In this document: positions 30,363 to 39,535 of the stretch, in pieces
How the letters are laid out: every line of letters begins with the position of its first letter
How positions within the stretch are numbered: position 1 is the stretch's first letter
DNA from: Isoptericola halotolerans
GTDB lineage: Bacteria > Actinomycetota > Actinomycetes > Actinomycetales > Cellulomonadaceae
DNA length: 64,000 bases
Reading direction: 5' to 3'
Assembly (NCBI RefSeq): GCF_013149785.1
Contig: NZ_JABEZU010000001.1
Coordinates: 1,240,001-1,304,000 of the forward strand
Made by a program: the position numbers and the translations under genes
Notes under the pieces: generated by a model
Told to the model about the DNA's origin: nothing
The model's database searches: none
Seen by the model: only the letters and a program-made list of their open reading frames with translations

Positions 30363-30683
30363 ATGTCGGACATCGTGCGAGAGGGCTCGCCAGATCCGGG
30401 GCCGCCGGCGAACGGCTGGCGGCAGGAGTACTGGAAGAAGAATCTTCGGCTGATGCTGGTGCTGCTCAGCATCTGGTTCGTGGTGTCGTTCGTCTGCGGG
30501 ATCCTCCTGATCGAGCAGCTGAACAACGTCGTGATCCTCGGCTTCCCGCTGGGTCTGTGGTTCGCGCAGCAGGGCTCGATCTACACCTTCATCATCCTGA
30601 TCCTGGTGTACACGCTGCGCATGGACCGGCTCGACGACGAGTACGGCGTCTCCGAGCGCGACACAGAGGGGAACCGGCTGTGA
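30363..30683 (+). CDS. DUF4212 symporter small subunit
   Basis: YWKKNLRL, WFVVSF, GFPLG.WFAQQGSI, MDRLD.EYG; AGGGAG SD. Confidence 0.9.
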   Translation: MSDIVREGSPDPGPPANGWRQEYWKKNLRLMLVLLSIWFVVSFVCGILLIEQLNNVVILGFPLGLWFAQQGSIYTFIILILVYTLRMDRLDDEYGVSERDTEGNRL

Positions 30684-32350
30684 ACGAGATTCAGATGTGG
30701 TCCCTCGTCTTCGTGGGGCTGTCCTTCGCGGTCTACCTGACCATCGCGTGGCGCAGCCGCGTGAAGGAGACCAAGGGTTTCTACGTGGCCGGCCAGGGCA
30801 TCCCGGCGGTGGCCAACGGTGCAGCCGTGGCGGCGGACTGGATGTCCGCGGCGTCGTTCATCTCCATGGCCGGGCTCATCGCCTTCATGGGGTCGGACGG
30901 GTCGGTCTACCTCATGGGATGGACCGGTGGCTACGTGCTGCTGGCCCTGCTGCTCGCCCCCTACCTGCGCAAGTGGGGGAAGTTCACCGTCCCGGAGTTC
31001 GTCGGTGACCGGTACTCGGAGTACGTGCGGCTCATCGCCGCGGTCGCGGCCATCATCGTGTCCTTCACCTACGTGGTCGGTCAGATGCGCGGCGGCGGCA
31101 TCGTCTTCAGCCGCTTCCTCGACCTGTCGATCGAGGGTGGCGTGGCCGTCGCCGCGGCCGTCATCTTCCTGTACGCCGTCCTGGGCGGCATGAAGGGCAT
31201 CACCTGGACCCAGGTGGCCCAGTACACGGTCATGATCGTCGCCTACCTCATCCCGGCGTGGACCATCGCGCAGAAGATGACGGGCTTCCCGGTGCCGCAG
31301 GTGACCTTCGGTCAGATCCTGGGTGAGCTGGACGCGCTCAGCGAGAAGTTCGGGCTCGCGCACTACACGGAGGCCTTCGCGGCGAGGCCGCAGATCGACG
31401 TGTTCCTCGTGACGATGTCGCTGATGATCGGCACGGCCGGTCTGCCGCACGTGATCATCCGCTTCTACACGACCAAGTCGGTGCGCGGTGCACGGTTCTC
31501 GGCCTTCTGGGCGCTGTCCTTCATCGGGCTGCTCTACACGACGGCACCGGCCGTGGGCGCGTTCACCAAGCTCAACCTCATGCAGTCGGTGGACGGCGTC
31601 GCGGTCGGCTCGTTGCCCGCCTGGGTCAACAACTGGGCGGCGACGGGGCTGGTGACCGTCTCCGACAGCGCGTCGACGGTCACCTCCTTGAGCAACGACC
31701 CGGAGTCCGGTGCGGACCTCATCGTCAACAACGACATCCTCGTGCTGGCCACCCCCGAGATCGCCGGGCTCCCGGCGCCGATCGTCGGCCTCGTGGCCGC
31801 CGGCGGCCTGGCCGCGGCGATGTCGACGGCGGCCGGTCTGCTGCTGGTCATCTCGTCCTCGGTCTCCCACGACCTGTACTTCCGGGTCGTGAAGAAGGAG
31901 GCCTCGGAGTCGCAGCGCCTGCTGGTGGGTCGCATCGCCATGGGAGCTGCCGTCGTCGTCGCGATCTACGGCGGGATCAACCCGCCGGCGTACGTGGCAC
32001 AGGTCGTCGCGTTCGCGTTCGGGCTGGCGGCCTCGACGTTCTTCCCGATCCTCGTGCTCGGGATCTTCTGGAAGCGGGCCAACGCGATCGGTGCCGCAGC
32101 CGGCATGGTCACCGGTCTGGTGTTCACGGCGTCGTACATGATCTACACCCTCGACGTCTTCGGCACCTCGGCGAACGAGCACGTCCTGGGCATCTCCCCG
32201 GAGGGCATCGGCGCGATCGGTGCGCTGGTGAACCTGATCGTGACGGTCGTGGTCTCGAGGCTCACGGCACCACCGTCGGAGCACATCCAAGAGATGGTGG
32301 AGGGGATCCGCTACCCGGCCAGGCGGGTGGAGGCGCCGGCTTCCGAGTAG
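30680..32350 (+). CDS. Sodium:solute symporter (VC_2705-type, acetate/monocarboxylate permease-like)
   Basis: ADWMSAASFISMAG, GWTGGYVLLA, GGMKGITWTQVAQY, GTAGLPHVIIRFYT, QVVAFAFGLAA. Confidence 0.92.
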   Translation: MNEIQMWSLVFVGLSFAVYLTIAWRSRVKETKGFYVAGQGIPAVANGAAVAADWMSAASFISMAGLIAFMGSDGSVYLMGWTGGYVLLALLLAPYLRKWGKFTVPEFVGDRYSEYVRLIAAVAAIIVSFTYVVGQMRGGGIVFSRFLDLSIEGGVAVAAAVIFLYAVLGGMKGITWTQVAQYTVMIVAYLIPAWTIAQKMTGFPVPQVTFGQILGELDALSEKFGLAHYTEAFAARPQIDVFLVTMSLMIGTAGLPHVIIRFYTTKSVRGARFSAFWALSFIGLLYTTAPAVGAFTKLNLMQSVDGVAVGSLPAWVNNWAATGLVTVSDSASTVTSLSNDPESGADLIVNNDILVLATPEIAGLPAPIVGLVAAGGLAAAMSTAAGLLLVISSSVSHDLYFRVVKKEASESQRLLVGRIAMGAAVVVAIYGGINPPAYVAQVVAFAFGLAASTFFPILVLGIFWKRANAIGAAAGMVTGLVFTASYMIYTLDVFGTSANEHVLGISPEGIGAIGALVNLIVTVVVSRLTAPPSEHIQEMVEGIRYPARRVEAPASE

Positions 32351-32357
32351 TCCTGGT

Positions 32358-32457
32358 GAAGGACGGGGTTCCCTGCACCGCGCGGTCGCGCTCACGGGCG
32401 CTGCGCGCCCTCCGCTTCCGGTCTGACGACCGCGCGGAGCAGGGAACCCCGTCCTTC
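32358..32457. repeat. 100-bp element with 31-bp terminal inverted repeats and an internal hairpin
   Basis: Arms 32358-32388 and 32427-32457 (1 mismatch); internal GGGCGC-tgc-GCGCCC. Confidence 0.88.
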
Positions 32458-32505
32458 GTCCGGATCGCTCGTCGTCCGGGCGGGACGAGGCAGGTGGTGG
32501 GGGTG

Positions 32506-33699
32506 TCAGAGGGAGCCGACGCCCAGGTTCACAGGGCTGCCGGCGATGTTGCCGACGATTCCGCGGATGATGCCGCTGCCGTCGTTGCCGCGCAGGCTGT
32601 CGTACCAGGCGGCCGTCTTCGCGGCGTCGTACCCGTGCGTCTCCTCGCCACGGGCCCGCGCGCGCAGCACGAGGTCGCCGGCACGGGCGGTCCTGCTGCG
32701 CTCGTAGCGCCGCAGGGAGTCCTCGGCGCTCACGGTGTTGGTGGCGAGGCTGGTCGCGAGGGCGAAGGTGTCCTCCAGTGCGAGACACGCTCCCTGCCCG
32801 ATGTCGGGGGCGGTGGGGTGGGCAGCGTCTCCCAGGAGCGCGACGCGGCCGCGGACCCAGGTGGGGAACGGGTCGGCGTCCCAGATCTCCACCCGGTTGA
32901 GCGAGCGCCCCGGGTCGATGGCCGCGAGCAGCGCCTTGACCCCGGGCGCCCAGTGCGCGAACGCCTCGTCCAGCGGGGCGGTGCCGTCGGCGCGGTCGTA
33001 GGGCAGGCCCGCGGGCTGCGGGACGTCGAACCAGAAGTAGAAGCGACCGTCGGTCACGGGCATCACTGCTGCGCGCTTGCCCTCGGCGACATAGGTCGTC
33101 CACTGATCGGCAGGTCCGACCGCCGGGTCCGCCGTGACGAGCCCGTTGAAGTTGGTGTAGCCCGAGTAGGTCCGTTCGACGCGCGGGCCGCCCTCGTGCG
33201 CCCCCGTGACGTGGTCGCGGGTGACGGAGCGGGCGCCGTCGGCCCCGACGAGCAGGTCGGCGCTGTCGGTGGAGCCGTCGGCGAACGTCGCGGTCACCCG
33301 CTCCCCGTCGTCGACGACGGAGACGAGCTCCCTGCCCAGGTGGATGTTCTCGGTGCCGACCGTCTCCATCAGCAGGCCCTGCAGGTCGGCCCGTGCCACG
33401 GGGTAGGGGCGTTGGCCGGTCTGGTCGGTGACCGGAGCCAGGCTGAAACGGCACAGCTCGTCGCCGGTGCGCCCGTCGAGGTACGCCATGTGGTGCATCG
33501 CGCCGCCGAGCGCGGCCACCTGGTCGCCCAGGCCCAGCCAGTTGAGCACCTTGACGCCGTTGGACCACAGCGACAGCGCAGCGCCGACGGGCTTGTTCTC
33601 CCTCATCCTGTCGTGGACGACGACGTCGTGACCGAGCCGCTGCAGGGCGATGGCTGCGCTCGCACCACCGATGCCGGCCCCGATGACGATGATCTTCAT
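32506..33699 (-). CDS. hpxO: FAD-dependent urate hydroxylase
   Basis: GAGIGG, PVGAALSLWSNGVK, RPYPVARADLQ, GADG, LLGDAAH.T.PDIGQG; in operon with uraD and uraH. Confidence 0.88.
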   Translation of the reverse strand: MKIIVIGAGIGGASAAIALQRLGHDVVVHDRMRENKPVGAALSLWSNGVKVLNWLGLGDQVAALGGAMHHMAYLDGRTGDELCRFSLAPVTDQTGQRPYPVARADLQGLLMETVGTENIHLGRELVSVVDDGERVTATFADGSTDSADLLVGADGARSVTRDHVTGAHEGGPRVERTYSGYTNFNGLVTADPAVGPADQWTTYVAEGKRAAVMPVTDGRFYFWFDVPQPAGLPYDRADGTAPLDEAFAHWAPGVKALLAAIDPGRSLNRVEIWDADPFPTWVRGRVALLGDAAHPTAPDIGQGACLALEDTFALATSLATNTVSAEDSLRRYERSRTARAGDLVLRARARGEETHGYDAAKTAAWYDSLRGNDGSGIIRGIVGNIAGSPVNLGVGSL

Positions 33700-33704
33700 G
33701 CTGA

Positions 33705-34037
33705 TCAGCTCCCGCGGTAGGTCGAGTAGGCGAACGGGCTGAGCAGCAGCGGGACGTGGTAGTGCCGGTCGCCGGCGTCGGCCTCGACGACGAAGGACAC
33801 GGTCACCTCGGGGTAGAACGTCTCGACCTCTCGTGCGCCGAAGTACGTCCCCGTGGCGAAGGTCAGGTCGTACCGGCCGGCCGGCAGCAGCTCAGGGCCG
33901 AGGGCGGCTCGGCCGTCGGCGTCGGTGGTGCCGGCGTCGACGCGCCGGCCCTGCTGGTCCGTCAGCTCGACGTGGACCCCCGCCGCCGGGGCGCCGGTGG
34001 TGGCGTCCAGCACGTGGGTGGTCAGGTGGCTGCTCAC
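33705..34037 (-). CDS. uraH: Hydroxyisourate hydrolase (transthyretin-like)
   Basis: LTTHVLD...G.PA, HYHVPLLLSP, C-terminal YRGS. Confidence 0.96.
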   Translation of the reverse strand: MSSHLTTHVLDATTGAPAAGVHVELTDQQGRRVDAGTTDADGRAALGPELLPAGRYDLTFATGTYFGAREVETFYPEVTVSFVVEADAGDRHYHVPLLLSPFAYSTYRGS

Positions 34038-34564
34038 GAGGCGGTCCCTCCTGGGTCGGCGGTGAGGTCGTCGGTGATCGATTCCCGCAGGCGGAGCAGG
34101 GCGATCTCGGCGAGCTGGCCGCAGGCCTCCGCCACCTCGGTCGGTTCGTCGTGGCCGAGGCGGCGGTCGAGCTCGGTGAGCATCTCCTCGGGCGAGCGGC
34201 CGGCGGCGCGGACGAGGAAGACACGGCCGAAGCGCTGCTCGTAGGCGCGGTTCTGGGCCGCGATGCGCGCCGAGACGTCGGCGTCGGCGTCGGCCATGCT
34301 GGCCTGCTCCCGGCGGGAGGCCTGGGCCTGAGCGCCATCGCCGGAGGGCTTCGCCCCGATCCTCGGGTGGTCGGCGAGCGCCGCGTCCAGCTCGGCACGG
34401 CTCCACCGGGCCGCCGTCCGCTCGGCGTGAGCGCGCAGGGCGGCGGTCGAGCCGTAGGGGCGGGCGGCGACCACGGCGTCGACCCAGTCGGGCACCGATG
34501 CCCACACGGACACGACCGACCGTGCTGCCGCGGTGCCCAGGGTGTCGAACTCGTCGATGTGCAC
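34034..34564 (-). CDS. uraD: OHCU decarboxylase
   Basis: HPRIG, SRREQ, N.AYEQRFG.VFLVRA.G, QLAEIALLRL. Confidence 0.93.
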   Translation of the reverse strand: MHIDEFDTLGTAAARSVVSVWASVPDWVDAVVAARPYGSTAALRAHAERTAARWSRAELDAALADHPRIGAKPSGDGAQAQASRREQASMADADADVSARIAAQNRAYEQRFGRVFLVRAAGRSPEEMLTELDRRLGHDEPTEVAEACGQLAEIALLRLRESITDDLTADPGGTAS

Positions 34565-34652
34565 GGTCGTCCTCTCGTCGGGCGGTCGTGCGCCGGAACG
34601 GTGGGTGGGGTCGGTGAGGAGCCCCATTGAAGCGGGGCGGACCACGCCGGAC

Positions 34653-34692
34653 GTGAAGTGCGTGTAACCCTTTGGTTAAGTGATCACTTATG
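34653..34692. promoter_or_regulatory. GlnR-like box (minus strand) overlapping a perfect palindrome TAAGTGATCACTTA
   Basis: TTAAC-N6-GTTAC-N6-TTCAC on minus strand at 34679-34653; palindrome at 34677-34690 between divergent uraD and XRE genes. Confidence 0.65.
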
Positions 34693-34744
34693 GGCGCCGC
34701 GATCGTGCGCATACGATGTCCGCACCCTCGCGACTGGAGACGCC

Positions 34745-35377
34745 GTGGACACTGACCCCCTGCCCGCGCAGATCGGCACCCGGCTGCGCGCGCTGCGCAC
34801 CGCGACCGGCCGCTCCCTGGCGTCGGTCGCCCAGGAGCTGGGCATCTCCTCGAGCGCGCTCTCCCAGATCGAGACCGGCGCGATGAAGCCGTCGGTCACG
34901 CGACTCGTCGAGCTGGTCACCGTCCTGGGGGTGCCGATGTCGGCGATCTTCGACGACGTCGGTGTGCGCGCACCGCGCCCCGAGGAGGGTGGGCCGCAGG
35001 TCACCGAGCCGTTGGCGGGCGTGCTCGTCGCGCTCGGCGAGGACGCCGCCCCGGCGCAGCTGGAGCAGGGCGTCACCTACCGCCGGTTGTCGCCGGCCCC
35101 GCTGCCCGGGGTCACCTGGTTCGAGTCGACGTACCCGCCCGGCTCCTCGTCGAGCGCCGACGGCTCGATGCTCGTGCACACCGGCTACGAGAGCGGCCAT
35201 GTCGTCTCCGGGGTGCTCACCTTCGAGTTCAGCGAGGGAGCCGTGCGCCTCGGCCCGGGTGGCTCCCTGTCCTTCGCCGCGGCCCGCCCGCACCGGGTCG
35301 TCAACGACTCCGAGGAGGTCGCCGTCGCCCTGTGGCTGACCGTCGAGAGCGTGGTGGGCGGGCTGTCCGGCATGTAA
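34745..35377 (+). CDS. XRE-family HTH regulator with cupin domain
   Basis: IG.RLR.LR, S.LSQIE.G...PS; H.G.E and PHRV.N cupin motifs; GGAG SD before GTG 34745. Confidence 0.9.
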   Translation: MDTDPLPAQIGTRLRALRTATGRSLASVAQELGISSSALSQIETGAMKPSVTRLVELVTVLGVPMSAIFDDVGVRAPRPEEGGPQVTEPLAGVLVALGEDAAPAQLEQGVTYRRLSPAPLPGVTWFESTYPPGSSSSADGSMLVHTGYESGHVVSGVLTFEFSEGAVRLGPGGSLSFAAARPHRVVNDSEEVAVALWLTVESVVGGLSGM

Positions 35378-35419
35378 CCGGATCGAAACTCGCCGGGAGA
35401 AGTTAAGCAATAACTTCAC
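35374..35419 (+). promoter_or_regulatory. GlnR-type box plus candidate local operator upstream of allantoinase
   Basis: GTAAC-N6-GAAAC at 35374-35389; GAAGTTA-N5-TAACTTC dyad at 35399-35417. Confidence 0.7.
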
Positions 35420-35528
35420 GGCAGGATCGTCCCACCGGGCACAGGGCGTGTCCGGGACGCGCGACGCCCCGCCCTGGAGGAAAGATGCCGGTGAGCCTGA
35501 CCCACGGCCCGACCGCGACGACGCTGCC

Positions 35529-36920
35529 GTGACCGGCCACCGCCAGGTCTTCCGCGCCCGGCGAGCCCTCGTCGGTGGTGCCCTCCGGTCGGCTGCCGTG
35601 GTGGTCGACGACGGCCGCGTCGCCGACGTCGCGCCGCTGCACGAGCGGGTGGCCGACGCGCAGGAGGTCGTCGTGCCCGACGACGCCGTCCTGCTGCCGG
35701 GCCTGGTCGACTCCCACGTGCACGTCAACGACCCGGGACGCTCCGAGTGGGAGGGCTTCGGCTCCGCGACGGCCGCAGCAGCGGCCGGCGGCGTCACCAC
35801 GATCGTCGACATGCCGCTCAACTCGCTGCCCCCCACGACCACGGCCGCGGCGCTCGCGGTGAAGCAGGCCGTCGCGGCACCCGCCGCGCACGTCGACGTC
35901 GCCTTCTGGGGAGGGGCGGTGCCGGAGAACCTCGGCCGGCTCGCCCCGCTGCACGAGGCCGGGGTGTACGGGTTCAAGTGCTTCCTGGCCCCGTCCGGGG
36001 TCGACGAGTTCGGCCACCTCGACATCTCCCAGCTCGACGAGGCGATGGCGGAGGTCGCACGGCTCGGGTCCCGGTTGATCGTGCACGCCGAGGACCCCGG
36101 GCTCCTCCACGGTGACGGGGCGCTCGGCCGCGGCTACGACGCCTTCCTGCGCTCACGGCCCCCGGCGAGCGAGGCGTCGGCCGTGCGGTCCGTCATCGAC
36201 GCCGCCCGCCGCACGGGCGCCCGCGCGCACGTCCTGCACCTCAGCGACGCCGGCTCCCTGCCTGCGATCCGCCGGGCCAGGGCCGAGGGGGTCGACCTCA
36301 CCGTCGAGACCTGCCCGCACTACCTCACGCTCACGGCCGAGGAGATCCCCGACGGCGCCGCCGAGTTCAAGTGCTGCCCACCGATCCGAGGCTCCGCGAA
36401 CCGCGACCTGCTGTGGGAAGGACTCCTCGACGGGACGATCGACGCCGTCGTCAGCGACCACTCACCCTCCACCGTCGAACGCAAGCGGTCCGGTGACGGG
36501 GACTTCGGCCTCGCCTGGGGCGGCATCTCCGGCCTCCAGGTCGGTCTGTCAGCGGTGTGGACCGAGGCCCGTCGCCGGGGTGTCGGCCTCGAGGTGGTCG
36601 TGCCGTGGTTCACCACGGGACCCGCCGCGGTCGCGGGACTGACGGACGTCGGCGTGATCGCGCCCGGAGCCACCGCGCACCTGACGGTCTTCGGCGTCGA
36701 CGACGCCTTCGTCGTGGACGCTCACGCCCTGCTGCACCGCAACCCGATCACCGCCTACGACCGGCGCAGCCTGCGCGGGCGGGTGCGCCGCACCTGGCTG
36801 CGCGGCCGGCAGGTGTACGCCGTGGACGACGCCGGCACGTCTCCCGGACGCGGCCTCGTCCCGGCAGGCCGGCTGCTCTCGGCCCCCGCCGCCATCCCGA
36901 CCGGAGGTACCCCCGCATGA
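35529..36920 (+). CDS. allB: Allantoinase
   Basis: DSHVHVNDPGR.EWEGF, DMPLNS.P, GFKCF, HAED, ETCPHYL, FKCCPPIR, SDHSP, AWGGI; start uncertain (35448 or 35529). Confidence 0.93.
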   Translation: MTGHRQVFRARRALVGGALRSAAVVVDDGRVADVAPLHERVADAQEVVVPDDAVLLPGLVDSHVHVNDPGRSEWEGFGSATAAAAAGGVTTIVDMPLNSLPPTTTAAALAVKQAVAAPAAHVDVAFWGGAVPENLGRLAPLHEAGVYGFKCFLAPSGVDEFGHLDISQLDEAMAEVARLGSRLIVHAEDPGLLHGDGALGRGYDAFLRSRPPASEASAVRSVIDAARRTGARAHVLHLSDAGSLPAIRRARAEGVDLTVETCPHYLTLTAEEIPDGAAEFKCCPPIRGSANRDLLWEGLLDGTIDAVVSDHSPSTVERKRSGDGDFGLAWGGISGLQVGLSAVWTEARRRGVGLEVVVPWFTTGPAAVAGLTDVGVIAPGATAHLTVFGVDDAFVVDAHALLHRNPITAYDRRSLRGRVRRTWLRGRQVYAVDDAGTSPGRGLVPAGRLLSAPAAIPTGGTPA

Positions 36921-38164
36921 ACGGTCCCAGCCTGCCCGGCCCCCACCTGCCCGGCCCGATCGACCCGCCCGCCCGACTGCTCATGGGCCCCGGCCCCGTC
37001 TCGGCCTACCCGAGCGTGCTCCGCGCGATGTCCGCCCCGCTCGTCGGCCAGTACGACCCGTTCATGACGGCATCGATGACGCAGACGCAGCAGCTCTACC
37101 GCCAGGTGTGGGGCACCACGAACGACGCGACCGTGCTCGTGGACGGCACCTCGCGCGCGGGCATCGAGGCGGCGATCGTCTCGCTGGTGCGGCCCGGTGA
37201 CCGGGTGCTCGTGCCGGTGTTCGGCCGGTTCGGGCTGCTGCTCGCCGAGATCGCCACCCGGGCGATGGCCGAGGTGCACACGATCGAGGTGCCGTGGGGC
37301 CAGGTGTTCCCCGTCTCGACGATCGAGGAGGCCGTGCGGCGCGTGCGTCCCACGCTGCTGGCGCTCGTCCAGGGCGACACCTCGACCACGATGAACCAGC
37401 CGCTCGACGAGGTCGGCGCTCTGTGCGCCCGGTACGGCGTGCTGTTCTACTCCGACGCCACCGCGTCCCTCGGCGGGAACCTGTTCGAGGCCGACGCCTG
37501 GGGGCTGGATGCCGCCACCGCGGGCCTGCAGAAGTGCCTGGGTGGACCGTCGGGCTCGGCCCCGATCACCCTGTCGCCGCGGGCCGTGGACGTCCTGCGG
37601 TCCCGGCAGCGGATCGAGGCCGGCATCCGCGAGCCCGACGACCCCGACGCGAGCGACTTCGTGCGGTCGAACTACTTCGACCTCGGCATGATCCTGGACT
37701 ACTGGGGTCCTCGCCGCCTCAACCACCACACCGAGGCCACGTCGATGCTGTACGCGGCGCGCGAGTGTGCTCGCGTGCTCCTCGCGGAGGGCCGCGACGC
37801 CGTCGTGGAGCGGCATCGTGTCGCCGGCGCCGCGATGCTCGCGGGCGTGCGGGGACTCGGGCTGCAGGTCTTCGGCGACGTCGCGCACAAGATGCACAAC
37901 GTCGTCGCGGTCGAGATCCCCGACGGCGTGCCCGGGGAGGAGGTGCGCGCCGCGATGCTGGCCGACCTCGGCATCGAGATCGGCACCTCGTTCGGCCCGC
38001 TGCACGGCCGCGTGTGGCGCATCGGCACCATGGGCTACAACGCCCAGCAGGACGCCGTCCTGACCACGCTGGCCGCCCTCGAGGTGGTGCTGCGCCGCTT
38101 CGGGTGCTCCGTGCCGCCAGGGGGCGGGGTCGACGCGGCCGCCGACGTCTACCGGGGCGCCTGA
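36917..38164 (+). CDS. pucG: (S)-ureidoglycine--glyoxylate aminotransferase-like class V aminotransferase
   Basis: LLMGPGP, GQYDP, GTSRAGIEA, QGDTSTT, GLQKCL, RLNHHTE, WRIGTMG; pathway context. Confidence 0.85.
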   Translation: MNGPSLPGPHLPGPIDPPARLLMGPGPVSAYPSVLRAMSAPLVGQYDPFMTASMTQTQQLYRQVWGTTNDATVLVDGTSRAGIEAAIVSLVRPGDRVLVPVFGRFGLLLAEIATRAMAEVHTIEVPWGQVFPVSTIEEAVRRVRPTLLALVQGDTSTTMNQPLDEVGALCARYGVLFYSDATASLGGNLFEADAWGLDAATAGLQKCLGGPSGSAPITLSPRAVDVLRSRQRIEAGIREPDDPDASDFVRSNYFDLGMILDYWGPRRLNHHTEATSMLYAARECARVLLAEGRDAVVERHRVAGAAMLAGVRGLGLQVFGDVAHKMHNVVAVEIPDGVPGEEVRAAMLADLGIEIGTSFGPLHGRVWRIGTMGYNAQQDAVLTTLAALEVVLRRFGCSVPPGGGVDAAADVYRGA

Positions 38165-39480
38165 TGGCCACGCTGCTGGGGGCAGGCCCGGGCATCGTCG
38201 CCGCGGGCGCCCGGCGGACCATGACGCGCTGCGACGGGTTGGCGAGCGTCAGCTCGTCGTCCCACGGCATCGAGAGGGTCTACCTCTCCGCCGAGCACGC
38301 GCGGGTGAACCGCACGGTCGCGGGGTGGATGCGCGAGATCGGCATGACGACGCGCGTCGACGCGGCCGGAAACCTGGTCGGGCGGCTCGAACGGGCGACC
38401 CCGTCCGGTGCGCCCGACCTCGACGCGCCGGCCCTCGTCGTCGGCTCCCACCTGGACACCGTGCCCGACGCCGGGCGCTACGACGGGGTCGTCGGCGTCC
38501 TCATGGGGCTGGAGGCCGTGCGCATGCTGCGCGAACCCGGCCCCGACGGGACCGGTTGGCGTTCCCCGCTGCCCTTCGCGCTCGAGGTGATCGCCTTCGC
38601 GGACGAGGAGGGCACCCGCTTCGGGAGGGCGCTGCTGGGCTCCTCCGCCGTCGCCGGGGCGTGGGACCCCGGCTGGTGGTCCCTCGCGGACGACGGCGGC
38701 ACGACGCTGCACGAGGCGTTCGTCGCCTTCGGGCTCGACCCCGCGCGTGTCGGTGAGGCGGCTCGTCGGCCCGAGGAGCTCGTCGGCTACCTCGAGGCCC
38801 ACATCGAGCAGGGGCCCGAGCTCGACGAGCGGGGCGAGTCCCTGGCCGTCGTGTCGTCCATCGCGTCTGCCCGGCGGTTCCAGATCGTCGTCGAGGGGGA
38901 GGCTCGCCACGCCGGCGGCACCCCGTACGACCGCCGTCGTGACGCCCTGCTGGGAGCGAGCGAGGCCGCGCTGGCCGTCGAACGAGTCTGCCGGGCCGAA
39001 CACCACGTCATCGGGACCGTGGGCCGGCTCGAGACCTTCCCCGGAGCCGTGAACGTCGTACCGGGCGAGGCGCGTCTCAGCCTCGACCTGCGCGGCGAGC
39101 TGGACGACGCGCGCGACCGGGTGTGGCGGTCGATCGAGCGCGAGGTCGACACGATCATGGGACGGCGCGGACTGCGCTGGCGCTCGGCGGAGGTCCACCG
39201 CGCGCCGGCCGTCTTCTGCGCGCCGCTGCTGCAGGACGTCGTGCGCGAGGGCATCGTCTCCACGCTGGACCGCGGCGTCGACGACCCGGCCACGATCTTC
39301 AGCCGAGCGGGCCACGACGCCATGGCGATCGGTGCGGTGACCGACGTCGGCATGCTGTTCCTGCGCAACCCCGACGGCATCAGCCATCACCCCGACGAGG
39401 AGGTCTCCGCGGGCGACGTGGCCCGCGGGACACGGGCTCTCGCCGAGGCGGTGCTCCAGCTGGCGGCCGACCGGGGCTGA
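38164..39480 (+). CDS. allC: Allantoate amidohydrolase (M20 family)
   Basis: GSHLDTV..AG.YDG, DEEG.RF, EAHIEQGP, HAG.TP, S.AGHDA, GISH.PDE. Confidence 0.88.
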   Translation: MATLLGAGPGIVAAGARRTMTRCDGLASVSSSSHGIERVYLSAEHARVNRTVAGWMREIGMTTRVDAAGNLVGRLERATPSGAPDLDAPALVVGSHLDTVPDAGRYDGVVGVLMGLEAVRMLREPGPDGTGWRSPLPFALEVIAFADEEGTRFGRALLGSSAVAGAWDPGWWSLADDGGTTLHEAFVAFGLDPARVGEAARRPEELVGYLEAHIEQGPELDERGESLAVVSSIASARRFQIVVEGEARHAGGTPYDRRRDALLGASEAALAVERVCRAEHHVIGTVGRLETFPGAVNVVPGEARLSLDLRGELDDARDRVWRSIEREVDTIMGRRGLRWRSAEVHRAPAVFCAPLLQDVVREGIVSTLDRGVDDPATIFSRAGHDAMAIGAVTDVGMLFLRNPDGISHHPDEEVSAGDVARGTRALAEAVLQLAADRG

Positions 39481-39535
39481 GGCACAGGGCACCGAGCCCC
39501 GGCTGCGCCGGTGACGGCTTCGCTACGCTGCACGG

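Noticed and set aside
15761..32457. Long inverted repeats as a CRISPR array or IS ends
   Set aside because: They differ in sequence, are kilobases apart, and no cas or transposase gene is present
30581..33568. 995-aa minus-strand ORF and other long antisense or off-frame ORFs (549..2465, 13212..15023, 27484..29466, 41659..43668, 48207..50483)
   Set aside because: Arg/Gly/Pro-rich shadow frames of clear genes; stop codons are scarce at this GC content and no motifs were recognised
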